Below are positions 18,696-28,102 of a DNA stretch of 64,000 nt, in pieces. How positions within the stretch are numbered: the first letter of the stretch is position 1; each line of letters begins with the position of its first letter. Source of the stretch: a virus (taxonomy: Duplodnaviria; Heunggongvirae; Uroviricota; Caudoviricetes). The position numbers and the translations under genes were made by a program. A model generated the notes under the pieces. That model ran no database searches and was not told the DNA's origin. It worked only from the letters and a program-made list of their open reading frames with translations. Location: the IMG/VR virus record IMGVR_UViG_3300042348_001285; one strand, given 5' to 3'.

Positions 18696-18869
18696 TCACT
18701 TGCTATCGGTCACTTCCCAAGCAGTGATTTCTTGGTCTACCAAGTTGCCTTGACCGGGATGCGGAAAGAAGTTGTAGTCCATATCGCACAGGGCATCTTC
18801 CATGTTCACACCCTCTTTAAGGTCAAAGGTGACCTTCACAGTGACGGTGGCGGTGACTTTGCGGCTCAT
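18696..18869 (-). CDS. small cassette ORF (57 aa) behind two tandem cassettes
   Basis: Two promoter cassettes at 18895-18910 and 18945-18970 have no ORF between them. The Met sits at 18869. Confidence 0.4.
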   Translation of the reverse strand: MSRKVTATVTVKVTFDLKEGVNMEDALCDMDYNFFPHPGQGNLVDQEITAWEVTDSK

Positions 18870-18999
18870 GGCGGTTCGGTGGTTGGTGACAGGGTAATCA
18901 TAGCACGGGCAGGCAGGGGGGCAAGCCCCCTCAACCGCCCGACAAGTTGACTTCGGTATTATAGCACAGGTAGGCAGGCAGGTAGGCAGGCAGGCAGGG

Positions 19000-19248
19000 T
19001 CACTCCTCCCACAGTGGGCCAGCCGACATTGCGCCAACGGGGTCACCTAAGTTTTCTGCGCTAACCGGGACGGCGGCAACATCATAGCTGGGGTGGATTT
19101 CGCCGGCTGCATTACATACCCAGCAATCGACCGTCCAAAAGCGGCCCGTGTAAATCGGGTTATAGCAATCATACTCTGGACGGTTTTCATCGTGCGGAGC
19201 ATCAGCCTGATAGATCAAGCGAGCGGAAACGGTTTTAGCGTCAGCCAT
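19000..19248 (-). CDS. small Cys/Trp-containing cassette ORF (82 aa, begins MADAKT)
   Basis: A variant cassette with a TAATAAT -10 box and a C-run leader lies at 19250-19290. Confidence 0.45.
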   Translation of the reverse strand: MADAKTVSARLIYQADAPHDENRPEYDCYNPIYTGRFWTVDCWVCNAAGEIHPSYDVAAVPVSAENLGDPVGAMSAGPLWEE

Positions 19249-19291
19249 GGTTGGGGGGGGGTGGCGGTTGGTTGGTGTTGTCGAGTAATTA

Positions 19292-19582
19292 TTAGCGTTT
19301 GGCAAGTTTGCCAGTGGCCAGCATTCCATCACCTTGGCCGCGACAATTAAAAACACGACCATCAGGCAAGCGCACAACAAAGGAATACATCCTTGTTGCG
19401 TAAGGGCCGGTACGCCATGATCCAGTTACGGCACCAGTCCCTATTTGATTACCATGCCAATCCGTAAAGGTCCAATGAGAAGTCTGGAAGAAACCTTTTA
19501 CGTTTGACCCATTGGCTGGACGCTTGGCGTAACAAGCAATGCTGTCATTAGCCTTACAATTGGTTTCAACTAAAGTGACCAT
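19292..19582 (-). CDS. hypothetical protein (96 aa)
   Basis: Cassette at 19630-19660. Confidence 0.45.
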   Translation of the reverse strand: MVTLVETNCKANDSIACYAKRPANGSNVKGFFQTSHWTFTDWHGNQIGTGAVTGSWRTGPYATRMYSFVVRLPDGRVFNCRGQGDGMLATGKLAKR

Positions 19583-19744
19583 TGCATAATCCGGCTATCT
19601 GCCGGTGGGAGGAGGGGGCCGGGTTTGTCCCGATGGGTGAATTATAGCACATTGTCGGTGGTGCTGGGGGTCCAGGATTGTTGACTCCTGGGGTGTGGTG
19701 GACAGTTTGTAAACTGTCTATTTGCGTTGGGAGTTATGACTCTG

Positions 19745-20060
19745 GGGTTGGGTGCCGAGGGTGCATTTTGTGAGTAATGTGGAACCTTAGGGTGCGTTTT
19801 CAGGGCAATGTGGAAACTCTGAAATCAAAAACCGAAAATTCAATCCCTGAGATCCGTTGCAGGGCAACGGAGTTACTCCTAAAATTTTTGAATTTTTTAG
19901 GACCTAGTGAAAAATGAGTAAGAAAATTCTACATTTGAATGCATATTCTGCACCCTACTATCATATACTCGCGTAAAAATTATTTATAGTACACTCTTAT
20001 CTAAATATCTAAACAGATAAGAAATTCTTATCCATAAGCACAATCAATGAGTTAAGAACC
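19745..20060. repeat. complex intergenic module, copy C
   Basis: Iterons 'GGGTGCATTTTGTGAGTAATGTGGAA' and 'GGGTGCGTTTTCAGGGCAATGTGGAA'. Also the hairpins, a palindrome CTTATCT-N12-AGATAAG, and 'TTATCCATA', which is DnaA-box-like. Confidence 0.8.
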
Positions 20061-20065
20061 AGGAG

Positions 20066-20093
20066 ACAAAAAAAGGGGGGGCAACCCCCCCCC
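20066..20093 (-). terminator. Rho-independent terminator G7-CAA-C9 plus U7
   Basis: Minus strand reads GGGGGGGGGUUGCCCCCCC followed by UUUUUUU, just after the stop at 20099. Confidence 0.8.
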
Positions 20094-20098
20094 GACCA

Positions 20099-20530
20099 TC
20101 ACAGCTCCTGAACTTCAACCCCGATGCGATCTGCTGCAGCAAGCAGAAGTTCCCGGTAGGAGTCGAACTTGTTGGGAGTTGGCACCCAGAACCTCAAGAC
20201 ACCTGGATCACTAGGAATACCACTGGACCACCCCTGGTAATCGGGAGTTGGGATACCGTCGCTTACTACAACGATTCCATCAGTTGGGTTGTAAGAAATA
20301 TTCGTCTTCACCATTCGGCCAGCAATATAATCGCCACGCAATTCGATAAAGCCATCATTGGCATAAGTAGGGTAATTGTGAACTTGGTCCAGGATTGTAA
20401 GCTCATTGAGACCACGAACAGCCTGAAGGAAACCCATACCAGTTTCAGTGCCACATGCTTCATAAGCAATTAGCAGGTATGTTGCAGCGAGTTTGGCAGT
20501 TTGTGACGGGTCGGATACTTGGAATTTCAT
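20099..20530 (-). CDS. hypothetical protein (143 aa)
   Basis: Intact ORF. Confidence 0.5.
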   Translation of the reverse strand: MKFQVSDPSQTAKLAATYLLIAYEACGTETGMGFLQAVRGLNELTILDQVHNYPTYANDGFIELRGDYIAGRMVKTNISYNPTDGIVVVSDGIPTPDYQGWSSGIPSDPGVLRFWVPTPNKFDSYRELLLAAADRIGVEVQEL

Positions 20531-20591
20531 GGAGTTTGAGAGTGTGTGGTTACAGAGTAGATGGGCCCAGATCGCAACCCCTGACTAACAA

Positions 20592-20789
20592 TCAAGTAGC
20601 CGCCAACGCAGCTTCAGCCTCGACAATACGGGCAGCTTTGTTGTGTGCCATTTCAGCCTGGAGTGCCTTAAGGAGGTCCGTAGATGCTTTCAAGTCCTCA
20701 GCACCGATGACTCCTTGATTGTAAAGGTCGATAGCACCCCCTGCGGCGAAGTGGGAGCGATAGGCTCGTTGGTAACGTGTTTGGGCCAT
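20592..20789 (-). CDS. small helical cassette ORF (65 aa, begins MAQTRYQRAYR)
   Basis: Cassette at 20795-20840. Confidence 0.45.
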   Translation of the reverse strand: MAQTRYQRAYRSHFAAGGAIDLYNQGVIGAEDLKASTDLLKALQAEMAHNKAARIVEAEAALAAT

Positions 20790-20915
20790 TTTGCTGTGGG
20801 GCGGTTGCCCTCGGTTGGTTGTTTGGTGATGGGTGAATTGTAGCATGGTGCCACTGGTTCCGTCAACCCCCTGGATTCTGCGGCAGGAAGGGGACCCGGC
20901 AGGCAAGGACTCCCC

Positions 20916-21116
20916 TCAGTAAGCCCCCAGGGCAATAGGAGAGCTGAAGGTACCATTCCCGTACTGGAAGATAGCATAGAGCTTACGCCCCCTGTGGCGC
21001 TTCACTACATAACGTGTACGGGATTCTTTGATACCACCAAAGCATTCAGCTTCAAACTGTCGGGTACTTACGACGTTGTAGGTGATGCTGTCGATTGTGA
21101 GGGTTGCTGGGGTCAT
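20916..21116 (-). CDS. small cassette ORF (66 aa)
   Basis: Cassette at 21125-21160. Confidence 0.45.
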   Translation of the reverse strand: MTPATLTIDSITYNVVSTRQFEAECFGGIKESRTRYVVKRHRGRKLYAIFQYGNGTFSSPIALGAY

Positions 21117-21439
21117 CGTTGCCGTTTGGTGCGGTTGACTCTGAAATTATAGCACGGTTGCTGGGTCCTGTCGATGCCTTCGTATTGTTGCCTATGGGTC
21201 GTGGTCTCATTGGTCTCAGTTGGGTATCAAGGTGAAATTGCCGGGCAGTGAGTTTGCCGGTCGGTGAGTTGACTATCGGGTGCGGTGTTACAAAACTTAA
21301 CATTTTGGCGACAATTCGCGGCCCAGTGAGTTTACCATCGGGGACAACACAAAACTTAACATTTTATTGTCAATGAGTTTGATGCAATAGTTCCCTATTA
21401 TGGGGGAATTGTGGCTACTTTTTTATTCATTGCCCATTG

Positions 21440-21716
21440 TAATGAGTTTGATTTCGGTTTGACTTTAGGTGTTATGGCACTAGGGTTGAGTGCTAGGGGT
21501 GCATTTTGCAAGTAATGTAGAAACCCCAAAATCAAAAACCCGAAAGTCAATCCCTGAGATCCATTGCAGCGGAACGGAGTTACTCCTAAAAAAATCAAAA
21601 ATTTTAGGACCTAGATGAAATCCATCCAAAAAATTCTACATTTGAATGCATATTATGCACCCTGGGGCTCTTTATATACACTTTTTCGCGAATATATGAA
21701 TAATAAGTGTTTATCT
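21440..21716. repeat. complex intergenic module, copy D (subfamily with 'atgcaccctggggctctttatatacactttttcgcgaatatatg')
   Basis: Shares its core with the other copies but has a distinct right arm, which copy F also has. Confidence 0.8.
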
Positions 21717-21724
21717 TATGTTGT

Positions 21725-22050
21725 TGGACCCGAGTAGTAAACAACTGGGCGTGGTTCCACCAGTCTTAGTTAAGTATCGCAATGAGTCTACATCGAGTAG
21801 TTTACAGTTGGCATCAGTCCCAACAGTCTCGTTTCAGTCCCACAATGAGACCCACCCAAGTAGTAAACAACTGGGATACAGTCCCAACAGTCTCGTTTCA
21901 GTCCCACAATGAGACCCACCCAAGTAGTAAACAACTGGGATACAGTCCCAACAGTCTCGTTTCAGTCCCACAATGAGACCCACCCAAGTAGTAAACAACT
22001 GGGATACGGTCTCAACAGTTTCGTTTCAGTCCCATAATGAGACCACACCT
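21725..22050. repeat. tandem array of a 64-bp unit (about 5 units, 3 near-perfect)
   Basis: Unit 'cccaacagtctcgtttcagtcccacaatgagacccacccaagtagtaaacaactgggatacagt'. The array is sandwiched between modules D and E. Confidence 0.85.
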
Positions 22051-22054
22051 CAGG

Positions 22055-22445
22055 GTAAACATGGCAGGTATTTTCGGAGTTAATGTGGAACCTTGGGGTG
22101 CTTTTTGCCAGCAATGTAGAATACCAGGGTGCGTTTTCCGGTTAATGCAGAAACCACAAAATCAAAAAACCAAAATCCATTCCTTGAAATCGACTGCAGG
22201 GGAACGGAGTTACTTCTAAAATTTTTGAATTTTTTAGGACCTAGTTGAAAACAGCATGAAAAATTCTACATTTGAATGCAAATTCTGCACCCTACTATCA
22301 TATACTCGCGTAAAAATTATTTATAGTACACTCTTATCTAAATATCCATAATCAATAAGTTATCCTTATCTATGTACCAACCAATAGGTAATAGCAGTAA
22401 AGCAACAAAAAAGGGAGGGCCACCTTTCGGCAGCCCCCTTATCAG
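22055..22445. repeat. complex intergenic module, copy E (three iterons)
   Basis: Three 29-31-bp iterons are followed by the conserved hairpins and the AT-rich tail. Confidence 0.8.
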
Positions 22446-22539
22446 TAAATATTTATACTTACGGGGTTAAATTAGACCCCTGAGCCAACGACCCCGGAGC
22501 CAACAACCCCGGAGTCAACAACCCCGGCAGCCTTCACCC

Positions 22540-22863
22540 TCAATAGTCAGCAAAGTCATATCTATCGAAAGGTACTGAATCCCGCTTAATTTCAGATTCG
22601 ACAATTTTGCGTGATTCGCTGTCATAATGGCGCACAATGACAGACTCGGTGGCAAAACCCCAATTTTCATCAGGTTGCCGGGTATAATGGACCCTGGCAT
22701 CATCCAGGCTGGCCCATGCGAATTTTTCCTGAGAGCCGACTACATTCTCCACCGCATCCATGGTTTGGCAGAGGGTAGTGCCATTGGCTCCCCTAACAGT
22801 ATAACCAGCAATGCGCTTGCCAACTTCATCGGTCGTGACGTAGTAGTAGTCGATGGTTGCCAT
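22540..22863 (-). CDS. hypothetical protein (107 aa, begins MATIDYYY)
   Basis: Cassette at 22870-22900. Confidence 0.5.
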   Translation of the reverse strand: MATIDYYYVTTDEVGKRIAGYTVRGANGTTLCQTMDAVENVVGSQEKFAWASLDDARVHYTRQPDENWGFATESVIVRHYDSESRKIVESEIKRDSVPFDRYDFADY

Positions 22864-23007
22864 TGTTGCGGTGCTGGTTGGTTGACTTCGGTATTATAGC
22901 ACAAGGGGCCAGGGTGCGGGGGGGTGATGTTACAAGGGGTAACAACAGGCACGGCAAGGGGCCACCGGATGGCAACCCCCCCCCCCAGCCATCAGACCGT
23001 AATGGCA

Positions 23008-23193
23008 TCAACTCAAACAGACGACAGATTCCCCTACCCGGCCTTCACAATTTCCACAATCGTCTGCCTGTTGTTCGGTGATTTCTGAGGTAGAGCAACA
23101 ATCAACATCAGCTAAACCTCCCCAATTCTCATAAAACATAACCTCAAGATCAGGTCCGGCAAGAAGTTCCTTAGCGAGTTCGTGTGCTTTCAT
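23008..23193 (-). CDS. small acidic Cys-rich cassette ORF (61 aa)
   Basis: Cassette at 23225-23260. Met at 23193. Confidence 0.4.
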   Translation of the reverse strand: MKAHELAKELLAGPDLEVMFYENWGGLADVDCCSTSEITEQQADDCGNCEGRVGESVVCLS

Positions 23194-23323
23194 TGTTGCT
23201 AGCGTAGATGGTCGGAAAGTTGATAACGATGGTAGTATAGCACAGATGGTTAGGGGGCCGTGGTTGCCGTTATGGTTGGTGACGCTTCGTAACGACAGGC
23301 ACGGCAAGTTGCCGGGGGCAGGG

Positions 23324-23566
23324 TCAGCCTGCGTTAAAACTTGCTAGCATTACTCCCTGACGGGTTCCGGGAGCAGCGGTTCCAATTAGCTCAACTGTTA
23401 CTTGGTCTGGGCTATTGCACCATGTTGAAGAATAGGGGGGGTAATCCCAATCACGATCCTCAGGGTGAATGTTCCTGGCCTCTTCCTCATCTTTGGCGCA
23501 AACTATGGCGCTGTCGTAAGTGTCGTACCCTCTGTTTAAGGTTTGGCTGATTTTGTAGAGTTTCAT
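23324..23566 (-). CDS. small cassette ORF (80 aa)
   Basis: Cassette at 23590-23620. Confidence 0.45.
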   Translation of the reverse strand: MKLYKISQTLNRGYDTYDSAIVCAKDEEEARNIHPEDRDWDYPPYSSTWCNSPDQVTVELIGTAAPGTRQGVMLASFNAG

Positions 23567-23730
23567 TGTTGCTTGCGTTTTGGTTGGTGGACTTCGGTAC
23601 TATAGCACAAGGAGGTTAGGGTTACAAGGGGAAACAACAGGCACGGCAAGTTGCCGATGGGTTTTGGGTTTTGTTGCATTTCGCAACAACAGGCAAGGAA
23701 GGGCCACCGGCAGGCAACCCCCCCCCAAGA

Positions 23731-24000
23731 TCATGCCATGAACTTAGCAATAGCCTCTTCGGCATCGGCACCATCGGCACCATGATTTACCATAAACTCC
23801 CACATAAGGTTAGTATCACCATCGAATCGCATCAGAAGGGAATCCAACAGTTCATCTTGACTGATACCACCAGAGGCATTCTGAAGCTCTGACATCCTGC
23901 TGTCCATGGCTGCATTCCTAAGCTCATCAAGGCTCATCGAATCGACATCACGTTGGCAATGGGCCTCGGCGATCTTACGAATCAAGGATTGGTCGATCAT
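23731..24000 (-). CDS. small acidic cassette ORF (89 aa)
   Basis: Cassette at 24010-24045. Confidence 0.45.
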   Translation of the reverse strand: MIDQSLIRKIAEAHCQRDVDSMSLDELRNAAMDSRMSELQNASGGISQDELLDSLLMRFDGDTNLMWEFMVNHGADGADAEEAIAKFMA

Positions 24001-24126
24001 GGTTGCGTGTGCGGTTGGCTGACTTCGGTATTATAGCATGGATAGGCAGGGTGCGAGGGATGTTACAGGGGGGTAACAACAGGCGCGGCAAGGGGCCAGG
24101 GTTCACAACCCCGACCCCCAGGACAG

Positions 24127-24501
24127 TCAACCAAAAGCCACAATGGCCTTTAGACTGGTGCGCCACGTTCCCGGCAGCTTCTCACCACGACGACCTACGA
24201 TCACGGGCAATTCCCCGACCATCTCAACCACGGTAACAATCTCAAATACCTGCAAGGTCGCAGCCAGCCAGGTTCCAAACCAGCGAGTCCGACCCGTGGC
24301 CTTGGCAATGTAACGGCAGCCATGGGGGCCTTCCAAGGCAAACTCTCCTTCCTCAAGGCAAAGATCATGGGGCGCATCAGCCAGGACATCCCAGTGCCCC
24401 CACCAGCCTTTACGGACGCCACCAGGGGCCTTCTCGCAGGGTTCAGCGGTGTGGGAACCGGTGCGGTTGATGGGTGAGGTGGCGGCGGTTGCGAAGGCCA
24501 T
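24127..24501 (-). CDS. hypothetical protein (124 aa, begins MAFATAATS)
   Basis: Cassette at 24510-24540. Confidence 0.45.
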   Translation of the reverse strand: MAFATAATSPINRTGSHTAEPCEKAPGGVRKGWWGHWDVLADAPHDLCLEEGEFALEGPHGCRYIAKATGRTRWFGTWLAATLQVFEIVTVVEMVGELPVIVGRRGEKLPGTWRTSLKAIVAFG

Positions 24502-24593
24502 TTGCCGGGGGGTGCGATACCTTGAAATTATAGCATGTTGCCAATGGGGTCGGGGTGCATCCCAACCACAAAACTGCCTACTAGCAACAAAAC

Positions 24594-24929
24594 TTAACCC
24601 ATAATGCCCCCAGGCCAACGTCCTCCCGGCGGGGTGCGCTCTGATGGGGATAGTTCGGGTGTTTCATCATAATAGCTAGGACGCAACTTGGCGAGGCGCT
24701 CTGCGTCGGAGACGCATTGGCAGTGTGGATTGTGCCCATTTTCCGCCATATAATTAGCGCCGCGCTTTGTTCTGGATGGTCCGATAACTGCCATGTAGTA
24801 CGGGGTATTGGCTTCGGTAGGGGTAACTACCGATTTGAAAACTTCCCGGTTACCTTGGTCGTATAACAAACCCACATAGAATTTTGCCCGTTGGGGTGTG
24901 TTAGTGGTTGAGGGGGTTGCGGTAGCCAT
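24594..24929 (-). CDS. hypothetical protein (111 aa, begins MATATPSTT)
   Basis: Cassette at 24935-24965. Confidence 0.5.
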   Translation of the reverse strand: MATATPSTTNTPQRAKFYVGLLYDQGNREVFKSVVTPTEANTPYYMAVIGPSRTKRGANYMAENGHNPHCQCVSDAERLAKLRPSYYDETPELSPSERTPPGGRWPGGIMG

Positions 24930-25039
24930 CGTTGCGGTGTCGGTTGGTTGGCTTCGTAATTATAGCACATGGCCGGGTGTGGATGCGGTTCGGCATGTTG
25001 ACCCCGGGGTGTGGTGGACAGTTTGTTAAGTGTCTATTT

Positions 25040-25330
25040 GCGTTGGGAGTTTGACTTTAGGGGTTTGATTCCGGGGTGTATTTTCGGAGTTAATGTGGAA
25101 CCTTAGGGTGCGTTTTCAGGGCAATGTGGAAACTCTGAAATCAAAAACCCGAAAGTCAATCCCTGAGATCCATTGCAGGGGAACGGAGTTACTCCTAAAA
25201 AAATTAAAAATTTTAGGACCTAGTTGAAAACCATCCAAAAAATTCTACATTTGAATGCATATTATGCACCCTGGGGTCTTTATATATATACTTTTTCGCG
25301 AATATATGTATAATAAGTGTTTACCTTATG
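25040..25330. repeat. complex intergenic module, copy F
   Basis: Same subfamily as copy D. Confidence 0.8.
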
Positions 25331-25537
25331 TTGTTGGTGAGTTGAATAGTTGACGACTGGGTGTGATCTCGTCGGTCTCAGTTGAGTATCGGAATGAGTT
25401 CACATCGAGTAGTTTACAGTTGGGATACAGTCTCGTTTCAGCCCCACAATAAGACTCATCCAAATAGTCAACAACTAGGGTACGGTCTCAACAGTCTCAC
25501 TTCAATCTCACAATGAGATCACACTTCAAGAGCAAAC
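25331..25537. repeat. degenerate copies of the 64-bp unit between modules F and G
   Basis: Reads '...gatacagtctcgtttcagccccacaataagactcatccaaatagtcaacaactagggtacggtctcaacagtctcac...'. Confidence 0.6.
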
Positions 25538-25865
25538 AGATGGGTGCATTTTAGGAGTAATGTGGAATCTCAGGGTGCATTTTAGGAGTAATGTAGAATG
25601 CCCCAAATCGAAAATCGAAAATCCATTCCTTGAAATCGACTGCAGGGGAACGGAGTTACTCCTAAAAAAATTAAAAATTTTAGGACCTAGTTGAAAACCA
25701 TCCAAAAAATTCTACATTTGAATGCATATTCTGCACCCTACTACTATAATCGCATATAAATTATTTAATAGAAGACTCTTATCAATGAGTTACGATATAT
25801 AAGAGTTCCTTATCAATAGGTAATAGCAGTAAGGCAACAAAAAAAGGGGGGGTAATCACCCTAAG
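25538..25865. repeat. complex intergenic module, copy G
   Basis: Two near-identical iterons 'GGGTGCATTTTAGGAGTAATGT(G/A)GAAT'. The right arm is nearly identical to copy A. Confidence 0.8.
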
Positions 25866-25890
25866 GCAATCCCTCCCCTAAAAACAGCAC

Positions 25891-26076
25891 TTATGCCCAA
25901 ATAGTATCAACCTGTGCCTGATACCCTTTCTGCTTCATCGCTTCGGCAATCCGCTGGGCCACGTTCCGATCATGGTAATCGGCCCTGGTGGTATAACCCG
26001 AAGCCCCAGAACCAGTGGCAATCAAACCAGTGGCAATCGGACTGGGGGCAATGGTGACACGGTGTAGTTGGGCCAT
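25891..26076 (-). CDS. small cassette ORF (61 aa)
   Basis: Cassette at 26085-26115. Confidence 0.45.
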   Translation of the reverse strand: MAQLHRVTIAPSPIATGLIATGSGASGYTTRADYHDRNVAQRIAEAMKQKGYQAQVDTIWA

Positions 26077-26151
26077 GGTGCGGTTTGGTGTGGTACCACG
26101 TAATTATAGCATTATGCCGTGGCATTGGCAAGCATGGGGCCGGGGGGAACG

Positions 26152-26526
26152 TCAACCCCGCCCATACTGGCGAACCCTCTCCAAATAGGTCCCCCAAACC
26201 GACGGATCCATGGCACCTGCCGTTGTCTTAAAGTGATGGGAGAAAAACGTAATGGCAAGCTCCATATTGCGCCTACCAACAGGATTAGCAGAATGAATGA
26301 CCACAGCCGGTGGAATAAACCCACCATCAAAACCATTCTCATACACAATTTGCTCAATCCACTTGCAAACATCCATGCCAGTTCCCCTAGCGTCATCCCC
26401 GAGATCATGATCCAAGGATACAACTTCGACATTGCCAGTCTTCAGCAATTCGATAACCTCATCAGGCCAATAGCAACGGACCCATCCATCAGGGGTAGGC
26501 CTGATATCATCGAGAAATACTTTCAT
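26152..26526 (-). CDS. receiver-fold-like small protein (CPR/REC-like signature LDDxR...DHDLG)
   Basis: 'MKVFLDDIRPTPDGW...VVSLDHDLGDD'. The start overlaps the stop of the cassette mini-ORF (ATGA). Confidence 0.35.
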   Translation of the reverse strand: MKVFLDDIRPTPDGWVRCYWPDEVIELLKTGNVEVVSLDHDLGDDARGTGMDVCKWIEQIVYENGFDGGFIPPAVVIHSANPVGRRNMELAITFFSHHFKTTAGAMDPSVWGTYLERVRQYGRG

Positions 26527-26564
26527 TGCCTTGGGGTTAGGTAGACTGTGGGCGTGGTTGCCAT
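26523..26564 (-). CDS. cassette-encoded mini-ORF (13 aa, MATTPTVYLTPRQ), translationally coupled to 26152..26526
   Basis: ATG GCC ACC in the conserved cassette position. Its stop TGA overlaps the ATG of the next gene. Confidence 0.3.
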   Translation of the reverse strand: MATTPTVYLTPRQ

Positions 26565-26886
26565 TGGGGAGGTCCGGTGGGTTACGGCAGGGGAATCATA
26601 GCATGGCCCTGGCAGGTTAGTTGGTGGCCCCGTAATTATAGCACAGGGGGGCCAGGCTACGGGTGCCGTTACATTCCGTAACAACAGGTACGGCAAGGAG
26701 TCACTGGATGGCAACCCCTGTAAAGAATTGGCCAGGTTGTGGGGTTATGCTTTCGCTCCTGAAGGGTAGCCAGGCGAAGAAGGGCAGCCCTGCGGCTGAT
26801 AGTCCTACTTCCATTTCCCACTATTTGCCTTCACGTCTACCTGTATTTTGGGTTGTGACCCTATTGTAGCATGGGCCGAGGCAGAG

Positions 26887-27081
26887 TCAACCCTCAGGGT
26901 CCTTGGGGCTGCTGTCATCAAGTAAAGCCATTGCGACTATGGATCCAATGAAAAGTAGAAACCATAACGTACTCAATATAGATAATAGCCCTAGGTTTCC
27001 CTTAGCTACCCAATAAGCAGCAGAGAATATGTGACATTGGGTGATAATAAACTTGGTGTTACGTTTGAGGTTTGACAGCAT
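26887..27081 (-). CDS. small membrane cassette ORF (64 aa)
   Basis: Hydrophobic 'LLSILSTLWFLLFIGSIVAMALL'. Confidence 0.4.
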   Translation of the reverse strand: MLSNLKRNTKFIITQCHIFSAAYWVAKGNLGLLSILSTLWFLLFIGSIVAMALLDDSSPKDPEG

Positions 27082-27208
27082 GGTGCGGTTGGGGGTTGGC
27101 GACAGGTGTATTATACCACAGGTCCGGCAGACAGTGGAAAGGGGCCAATGCCAACGGCACCAACCCCCCAAGCAATCGGCCAATGCCAACAGCAGCCAGC
27201 GGCACCAA

Positions 27209-27463
27209 TCAGCTAGCCACTGCAAGCAGCCGATCAGCCACCCTGCCTTTCGCAGTACGCTTCCCATCGAGATAATACAAGGTATAGACCCGCCCCGGCT
27301 TCACACTGGGGGTGACTGTGATGGCTAGGGCCTTGCCGTTGATGCGGATGGCAGTTTCGGCCTTGTTGCCAGCAGCAGCAGCAGCCACGGTATCGGCTTC
27401 GATGGTGGCGAGACGGGTAGCCAGAGTCTCAGGCTTACGGATGGTGAGAGGGGGAGTAGCCAT
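27209..27463 (-). CDS. hypothetical protein (84 aa, begins MATPPLT)
   Basis: Lies downstream of three tandem consensus promoters. Confidence 0.5.
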   Translation of the reverse strand: MATPPLTIRKPETLATRLATIEADTVAAAAAGNKAETAIRINGKALAITVTPSVKPGRVYTLYYLDGKRTAKGRVADRLLAVAS

Positions 27464-27499
27464 GGTTGTGGGTGGGTTGTGTTGTGGGGTGAATCCCTG

Positions 27500-27672
27500 G
27501 GACCTTGCTATTATAGGGTAGGCAATGGATGTTGTCAATACCCGGTTAATGGTGGCGGTGGTCTGGACCTTGCCATTATAGGCGAGACAATAGGTGTTGT
27601 CAATACCCGGTTAATGGTGGGGGCATCGGGAATAGAGCCACTATAGGCAAGGCAATGTGGGGTGCCAATACC
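27500..27672 (-). promoter_or_regulatory. three tandem near-consensus sigma70 promoters (TTGACA-N17-TATAAT) with a 65-bp period
   Basis: Reverse complement of each unit reads 'GTATTGACAACATCCATTGCCTACCCTATAATAGC'. The third copy reads TTGGCA...TATAGT. Confidence 0.7.
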
Positions 27673-28102
27673 AGACGGCAGGATCCCTCAGGGTCACCAT
27701 ATTATGGCATATTGCCCGTGTTATTGCAACCCCTTGGCCCCGGTTTATACCTTGGCTTGTTCGCCCCCGCCACGATGTGTTAAGTTTTGTAACGATCTGG
27801 GGGGGGGTAATTAAGTTTTGTTACGATTCGGAGTTTGTTACCCCGTGGCATCGACTCGGAGTTTGCCATCCGGGGCGTCTACCCATCTCCAAGGCATTGA
27901 CAGCTGCCGGAATCCACGCTATAATACGCAGACAACCAAACGAGGGGCGAGGTAGCCCTGCTGACGAAAAAGGTCGCCACGGAACCTGCCTGCTTATAGT
28001 TATTACCGGATAGTAAAAAAAGGGGGGGGGTTAGCCCCGAGTTTATCCCAGAGTCATAACCCTGGAGTCATAACCCCGAAGCCATAACCCCCAATTCCAA
28101 AG

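Noticed and set aside
21398-21598. Minus ORFs inside the complex modules (21398..21598, 16772..17197 upstream part) and a 40-codon plus ORF in module D.
   Set aside because: They are not conserved between module copies (frames and stops differ), so I judged the modules non-coding.
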